DNA from: Candidatus Thorarchaeota archaeon
GTDB lineage: Archaea > Asgardarchaeota > Heimdallarchaeia > Hodarchaeales > Hodarchaeaceae
Length of the DNA: 32,000 bases
Reading direction: 5' to 3'
Assembly (NCBI GenBank): GCA_048882505.1
Contig: JBHLRO010000022.1
Span: 30,001 to 62,000 of the forward strand
In this document: positions 26,758 through 32,000 of the stretch, in pieces
Layout: every line of letters starts with the position of its first letter
Position numbering within the stretch: position 1 is the first letter of the stretch
Translations under genes and position numbers: made by a program
Notes under the pieces: generated by a model
Seen by the model: only the letters and a program-made list of their open reading frames with translations
Told to the model about the DNA's origin: nothing
Databases searched by the model: none

Positions 26758-26967
26758 TTATCTTCCTTTCCTCAAGAAGCTTCCACATTCCTCGCAGTGA
26801 TATACTTTCATATAGGCCCTTGGAAATGGGATGATTAAGAACAATACAATCCTTAATAAATGGGTAGAACTGGCTGCTGTAAATTTTCTGCAGGTAGGAC
26901 ATTTAATGATTTCGGGCTTAAGTGATTTCCATAACATGAGGGTAAAAGTTCCGAATCCTACTGCCAC
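26758..26967 (-). CDS. Zinc-ribbon protein (zinc_ribbon_15-like)
   Basis: KCPTC...LFLIIPFP...YHCEECG, with the hydrophobic 'LFxIP' hairpin between the two CxxC pairs. Confidence 0.6.
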   Translation of the reverse strand: MAVGFGTFTLMLWKSLKPEIIKCPTCRKFTAASSTHLLRIVLFLIIPFPRAYMKVYHCEECGSFLRKGR

Positions 26968-27752
26968 TTTTCTGGTCCCTCTTGGAGTCTCTTTTCGATA
27001 GAGGTATTGGACGACTTCTAAGCTAGGCCTAATCTAACATCCTTTTTCCATAATCCTATCACACTTTTCAAGCAGATCGGAGAACTATTGTTATGAGTAT
27101 CAACGGACTAATTACGAGTGGACTTGGTTTTCCTCAGGTCTGCTAGAATAGGGGCAGTCTATTATAAACTTAAATGGTTTTTTTCCACGGATGACCCAGA
27201 AAAATATCTCTAGACACTTCCCATTCCTGACAGATATATGCTAACCAGCGAGCTCATACCTTCTCTCAAGTTTTACTTGCTTCTCGGGGTAAGTATCATC
27301 CTATGGGTTCTTTGCTCGCACATTTAGTATCGAAAGGGGTCATTCTTTCAGTTAATGAATAAAATAATGGCACTCTGAGGATATCCGGAATGGTGTTGTT
27401 CGATAATCAAACTTCTATATGTTAAATCAATAATCATTGGTTTTTGGACTAAACATCCGATGTAAAAAACAAGGGAACTCACTTAGAAATACTCCAAACC
27501 TAGCATGCCTAATTCACTGCCAAACCATACACGAAGTGTTAAGGATAAACCTCAGTTATTCTAATCTTCATTTTAAGACTTTTTTCTGTTCTGTGATTGT
27601 AATAGAATTCTTTAAGACCTTTTTTCTAGACCAAATACCTGAATTGATTAAATTATGGAATCAGAAGAAGTAATAATACCAAACACTAAAGGGTTAGTAA
27701 GGGTTTTTAACGTTGATTATGTACACACATTTCTTTATGCTGTTCTCAAAAT

Positions 27753-28598
27753 TTACTTGAGTATGTAGTTTCTTAATTTGACAAAATCGTCTTTCTCCTT
27801 TGCATATATCTCCTTATTACTGTATTCAGCTATTTTTTTGTTGAGAAACATTATTTCTTCTGCATTTGATATTTCGAATTCTACAGGAAAGAGACGTGGA
27901 CTTGTCCTAGTCTTCGAGATGAGAACTGCAGCTATTTTTGGAGACAATGGAAATAGAAATTCACAAGCAATTACTTCTCCATTTATCTTTACACAGCCCT
28001 CTCCGTTAAACGATAGCACTACTGGATTATCGCTTGTAATAAAACTCTGGCTTGTCTTATTCATAAAAAGGATCATATTTTCCTCGTTTATCATATCACA
28101 GATTACCTCTTCTACCCTACTAATCTCCGGTCCTAATTTTTCGAGATAAAAGTCCGCAGGTGATCCAGTTGGATAGGGATTTGGAATAGAAGGAAAAAAC
28201 TGCTGTTCTTGTAGTTTTTTCACATCAAGCTGGTTCTTAGGATTGAATATTCCCATCACATCACGCCAATAACGACCCCGAATCCGTTGATATCCGATAT
28301 AAATATACAAATCCCCTAAACCAGTGTTTAATGTCCCTCTATCTACTATCTGCTGAATAGCAGGAAAGTGCCGGTTTTCTATTTCAGACAGTAGACAATC
28401 AACTTTGTAATTTAGGAAGTGAAATTCCATTGATAGTTTATCAATTTTCTTGGGTTTGCCTATGATATCTATCTTGCTTCTTTTTGTCTCTGCTACCCAA
28501 ATCTTTCTTTTCTCTCTTTCTTGTGTGGGGTCGATTGCAAAATTCTTCAAATATGCTGCTTGCACATAATGCTGCCTTTTTTTCTCTTTTTTAGACAA
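27753..28598 (-). CDS. DUF4238 domain protein
   Basis: N-terminal RQHYVQAAYLKNFA and C-terminal FITSDNPVV...FPLSPKIAAV motifs. TTG start with GAGG upstream. Confidence 0.8.
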   Translation of the reverse strand: MSKKEKKRQHYVQAAYLKNFAIDPTQEREKRKIWVAETKRSKIDIIGKPKKIDKLSMEFHFLNYKVDCLLSEIENRHFPAIQQIVDRGTLNTGLGDLYIYIGYQRIRGRYWRDVMGIFNPKNQLDVKKLQEQQFFPSIPNPYPTGSPADFYLEKLGPEISRVEEVICDMINEENMILFMNKTSQSFITSDNPVVLSFNGEGCVKINGEVIACEFLFPLSPKIAAVLISKTRTSPRLFPVEFEISNAEEIMFLNKKIAEYSNKEIYAKEKDDFVKLRNYILK

Positions 28599-28687
28599 GA
28601 TGTTATCCTCTTCTCCCTATTGTAGTTGATTTTCAATTCGTTCACCCTCATTCTAAGTAGCAAATTTATTTACTTCATTTGAAATAA

Positions 28688-28894
28688 ATGTTGCTATTTC
28701 GATACAAAACTGTTAACAAATGGGATAACGATAAAGACCCAAGTATCCTTCTTAGGATGATGGCCTATATTAGTTTTACCATCCTAATATTGACAATACC
28801 GATAAAGATAACCCATTACCTTTTCTTTTATACCCAGGATTCATCCTTTATAGCTATTTTCAGGTCCGTTTTCGGTTTTGTGATTTTGACATGA
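28688..28894 (+). CDS. Possible small membrane protein or fragment of a decayed gene
   Basis: 68-aa hydrophobic ORF ending 9 bp before the next ORF; no motif recognised. Confidence 0.3.
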   Translation: MLLFRYKTVNKWDNDKDPSILLRMMAYISFTILILTIPIKITHYLFFYTQDSSFIAIFRSVFGFVILT

Positions 28895-28903
28895 GGGACT
28901 GTT

Positions 28904-29290
28904 ATGTTTTGTAATTGGTCTCCCGTACCACGCCAGAACTTGGAACATCACAATCATATGTGTACTTCACTTGATTATTTCGAGAAGATATCATCCTTTG
29001 ATCCTTGGGAAAAGATAAACGCCATCATTTCCATCCTTCAGATGAACATCGGGAAATTGGCGATATTACGGCTATGGCGTAGGGGTCTCCAACCCCTTCT
29101 TTATGCTGCGTATTCACTCTTCTTGGATTATAATGGTACAATCGCCAGACAGACCGCTGGTGCCTTTATGGACGTTTTCTTAGGTTATGAACCAAGCGAT
29201 CTAACGTATATAATGTATGACAAATATGAACTGGCCCTGCAGCGAGGAGAAGCTTTCAACTTCTTTGATTATGCAGAGTACTTTAGCTAG
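28904..29290 (+). CDS. Hypothetical protein
   Basis: 128-aa ORF ending convergently 6 bp from the next gene. Confidence 0.4.
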   Translation: MFCNWSPVPRQNLEHHNHMCTSLDYFEKISSFDPWEKINAIISILQMNIGKLAILRLWRRGLQPLLYAAYSLFLDYNGTIARQTAGAFMDVFLGYEPSDLTYIMYDKYELALQRGEAFNFFDYAEYFS

Positions 29291-29296
29291 TCCATG

Positions 29297-30052
29297 TCAG
29301 CGACGGCCTGAATATAATCTATAGCTCATGTAACTCAGACCACAACCAATTATGAAAATAAATGGGGTAACAATAGGATCGACTGGAGTACTATTGTACA
29401 GCGGTTGAATTTGGGCGACCATCAAGAATGGATGAAAGTAGCTATGGACTCCAAACATCATAAAGATAGCGATTACAATCGTGTGGGGAACGATTTTGTT
29501 TAAGTTGCCATTGATCGCCAAACCAAGACGACCTCTTAAATCAGATATAACGCTAAATCGCGCCTTGATTCTAGCGGAAAACCATGAGTAGTCTGTAATC
29601 CCAAGGATCAAAAGCATCACAAGACAAACCTGAGCTAAGGCAACGAAGATTACTTGCAATATATATAGATTAGAAAAAAAGACCACAATAGCCTGATTAC
29701 TTCGAGAACTTTGGATATGTTCGTCTATCCGCATGAAATAATAAAATGAAATATAACATACCATCAATATGGTAGCAAGAGGGGGAATGAGAATAGACGA
29801 GGCGTTCTCGTTTTCTTGTTCATTGAATAGTCTGATGTAATGATAAATGCTCTGCCCCACTAACATCAGAATCAAAAAGAAGAGTAGTTCGAGAAGGAGT
29901 AAGAGGAAGGTTAGTTCTTCTAGCGGAAGAATGGATTCAAACAATAATTTTTCTTGTATCCATATATACGCCGATTCTCCAAAGTATTTTGAATTAGGTA
30001 TTTCTACAACGCTAATAGCCAATGAGAGACTGAGAAATATATTAAGCCCCAA
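29297..30052 (-). CDS. Hypothetical polytopic membrane protein
   Basis: 251 aa with about 6 TM segments; overlaps the upstream ORF by 11 nt. Confidence 0.55.
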   Translation of the reverse strand: MGLNIFLSLSLAISVVEIPNSKYFGESAYIWIQEKLLFESILPLEELTFLLLLLELLFFLILMLVGQSIYHYIRLFNEQENENASSILIPPLATILMVCYISFYYFMRIDEHIQSSRSNQAIVVFFSNLYILQVIFVALAQVCLVMLLILGITDYSWFSARIKARFSVISDLRGRLGLAINGNLNKIVPHTIVIAIFMMFGVHSYFHPFLMVAQIQPLYNSTPVDPIVTPFIFIIGCGLSYMSYRLYSGRR

Positions 30053-30374
30053 AGCTACACAAACCTAGCCAAATTACCTTCGATAAAGAAATTGGTAGTT
30101 TTTTGGGATCCACTTGACGTCTCATTCTCAGGCCCTTTACACCAAGTAAAATTCCAATGCCTATAAATAAAAAAACGTACCATTCGTGGAAAATAAGGAG
30201 AAGACGGGAAATAACGGCACAAATCGCTCTAAGTTGGAAGATCTCTACATTGCTCCCTATGCGGGCATGGTTGGTGAGGATTCTGTTAAAAATGATAAGG
30301 TAATTGAATAGTAGAGGTAAACTACCCGTCAAACATAGTAAACTTCCGATAGTATAGGCATTAGACCGGTTCAT
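30042..30374 (-). CDS. Hypothetical membrane protein
   Basis: ATGA start/stop overlap with the 30371..30907 ORF; 2-3 hydrophobic segments. Confidence 0.5.
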   Translation of the reverse strand: MNRSNAYTIGSLLCLTGSLPLLFNYLIIFNRILTNHARIGSNVEIFQLRAICAVISRLLLIFHEWYVFLFIGIGILLGVKGLRMRRQVDPKKLPISLSKVIWLGLCSFGA

Positions 30375-30907
30375 TCAACGTTAGGCCTCACATCAATTGG
30401 GGGAACCCATCCCAAGTTGTATCCCTTGGATGTTTCGTAAGCTAGTTTCATTACATCCGTCCTGTCAGTTTCATAACCCCAATTCAGATAATCACCAAGA
30501 ATTGTAGACAATCTACGCTTAAAATCCACTGGATTCAATAAAATCTCAAGTTTTATCATAAAAAGGTCTTTTCTTTCATAGTCGAACAAGAAAAGGATTA
30601 TCTTATACTCTGTCATTTGGAGAGCACAGAGACAGTGATAAGAATCATTTTCAACTAGGATCTCCCAGTTTTTTGTCCTTTTAATCTCTTCCCAAATGGG
30701 CTTTAGATCTATGTGGGAGTTGAAATCAGGAATAAATTGGTATCTGATCCAATTTTGATTTTTGATCTGTTGATCTTCTGTAATTAGCCTAAATTCAGAG
30801 AAATCACGATGTTCAGGATTATGCGGGTCTTGACGAAATCCGCTTGTCTGTATAAACACTTCTAAATCTTCGACAGACTTTAAATTCTTGAATTCTTGCA
30901 TCTTCAT
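30371..30907 (-). CDS. Hypothetical protein
   Basis: 178-aa ORF with a globular composition, coupled to the downstream ORF by an ATGA overlap. Confidence 0.62.
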   Translation of the reverse strand: MKMQEFKNLKSVEDLEVFIQTSGFRQDPHNPEHRDFSEFRLITEDQQIKNQNWIRYQFIPDFNSHIDLKPIWEEIKRTKNWEILVENDSYHCLCALQMTEYKIILFLFDYERKDLFMIKLEILLNPVDFKRRLSTILGDYLNWGYETDRTDVMKLAYETSKGYNLGWVPPIDVRPNVE

Positions 30908-30975
30908 TCCTACCCTAATTCTCCATTTTTATTTGGAATAATCCATCTTTTATACTTTACAGACCCCAGAGTCAA

Positions 30976-31542
30976 TCAATTGAAATTGAATCCATCTCTT
31001 GATTGAGGTTTGATATTCTTAAGTTCATCTTCAATGCGAAGAAGAAATTCTTTATATATCTTTAAAGTGATATCATAGACCGCTAGCATCTCCGATACGA
31101 TTTTGCGTAATTCTTCGTCGCATATAGATTCATCAGAAATTAATTTCCCTCTGAGATCTCCTAAACTATTCCTATATCTTGTTAATTCTTGCACATGATA
31201 TTGAGTTCTATCTAATGCTAATTTTTTAGGATTTAAATTAAAGTAATAACGAGTTTTTCCTCTTTTTCCTTTTTCAGGTGAAATGGCGCAACAGTACTTT
31301 TCATTAACCATTTTCGTTAGAGTTCGGCTTACCGTACTTACTGAAAGGTCACGAGCAAAATTTTCATTGATGAAGGTCAGTATTTTCCGCTGATCAAGAC
31401 TATTCTCTTCTGATCTGGCCTTTAAAAAAAGCAAAGCGAATATTCTGCCGAAGTTTCTGGATCTTCGAGAAGCAAAAATTCCGCCATAGAGCTCGACAAA
31501 CTCTTTCTCATATTTTGTTAGAGTATAATCAGGATCAGGGAT
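30976..31542 (-). CDS. GbsR/MarR family transcriptional regulator (start codon uncertain)
   Basis: The frame is open upstream of the track's TTG at 31434: IPDPDYTLTKYEKEFVELYGGIFASRRSRNFGRIFALLFLK...LDQRKIL...SVSTVSRTLTKMV...KTRYYF. Confidence 0.72.
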   Translation of the reverse strand: MPDPDYTLTKYEKEFVELYGGIFASRRSRNFGRIFALLFLKARSEENSLDQRKILTFINENFARDLSVSTVSRTLTKMVNEKYCCAISPEKGKRGKTRYYFNLNPKKLALDRTQYHVQELTRYRNSLGDLRGKLISDESICDEELRKIVSEMLAVYDITLKIYKEFLLRIEDELKNIKPQSRDGFNFN

Positions 31543-31625
31543 GGTTCCAACACTTCCAAATGATTAAACGCTAGTTATGACCAGAAAGTCACTTACTAAA
31601 TCCGCGGTACAATGTATTTATAGAA

Positions 31626-31775
31626 ATGACCGAGAACGATATATTTAAAAAGATTTTTGCATTGCAACGAAACGCAATTGATGTGAAAAAGATGGATTAT
31701 ATTGCACTACTTCCGCAATTGTATCAATCTAAGCAACTGAAAAAGAGAAAAGAAGCTGTTTTACAGGTATGGTAA
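31626..31775 (+). CDS. Putative 49-aa small ORF (not in the ORF track)
   Basis: MTENDIFKKIFALQRNAIDVKKMDYIALLPQLYQSKQLKKRKEAVLQVW*, ending 6 nt before the next ATG. It could instead be promoter DNA. Confidence 0.3.
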   Translation: MTENDIFKKIFALQRNAIDVKKMDYIALLPQLYQSKQLKKRKEAVLQVW

Positions 31776-31781
31776 TGGAAA

Positions 31782-32000
31782 ATGAAGAGTATTCAACAAG
31801 AGGAAAAATACATCTTTACTTTTCGAGAAATTAAACCAGAAATGCAAAAATTGGCAGGAGGAAAAGGAGGTGCTCTTGCCCGTCTTTTGAACGCAGGATT
31901 CCCAGTTCCTGATGGTCTAGTTATTACTCCAAAGGCATTTGAGGAGGATCAGTTACTTCCAGAGGTTTGGAAACAAGTTAAAACTTACCTTAAAGGTGTG
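31782..32000 (+). CDS. PEP/pyruvate-binding domain protein (PEP synthase / PPDK_N ATP-grasp family), 3'-truncated
   Basis: From the ATG at 31782: MKSIQQEEKYIFTF...LAGGKGGALARLLNAGFPVPDGLVITPKAF, the canonical GGKG..L..L...G.PVP.GF motif. Confidence 0.85.
   Translation, partial: MKSIQQEEKYIFTFREIKPEMQKLAGGKGGALARLLNAGFPVPDGLVITPKAFEEDQLLPEVWKQVKTYLKGV

Noticed and set aside
1-32000. Remaining nested or antisense ORFs in the track (e.g. 3547..3852, 12457..12852, 20252..20767, 27778..28149)
   Set aside because: They lie opposite or inside well-supported genes and have no recognisable motifs.
1-32000. CRISPR arrays, rRNA, tRNA, IS elements
   Set aside because: I found no regularly spaced repeats, cloverleafs, rRNA-like tracts, transposase motifs or terminal inverted repeats by eye. 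tRNAscan-SE or Infernal could still detect ncRNAs in the intergenic gaps.

Overview
Archaeal chromosomal window, most likely from an Asgard archaeon. This is an inference from longin- and roadblock-type proteins, V4R domains, a RING-like zinc finger and a geranylgeranyl reductase. From 1 to about 24,800 it is gene-dense: the 3' part of Hsp90/HtpG, a cation:proton antiporter, a thioredoxin-V4R-V4R fusion, a GT-C glycosyltransferase, a geranylgeranyl reductase, PGI/PMI, a winged-helix + AAA ATPase pair, two longin-like proteins, an M16 peptidase pair, Mrp/NBP35, DUF362 and a 7-TM protein. From about 25,000 onward it looks accessory: a GC-richer islet with a RING-like gene, DUF4238, orphan membrane proteins, a GbsR/MarR regulator and the start of a PEP/pyruvate-binding-domain gene. 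The top candidate for a novel system is 8587..10200: a membrane-anchored protein with a complete CuA motif fused N-terminally to a cytochrome d1 (NirS-type) beta-propeller that keeps all three key histidines but has no heme c motif. Features missing from the ORF track include a roadblock/LC7 pseudogene (~2999..3317) and a duplication-plus-deletion scar of the longin/DUF362 pair (21868..22063). I found no rRNA, tRNA, CRISPR array or transposase. All family assignments come from motif recognition by eye; no database searches were run.
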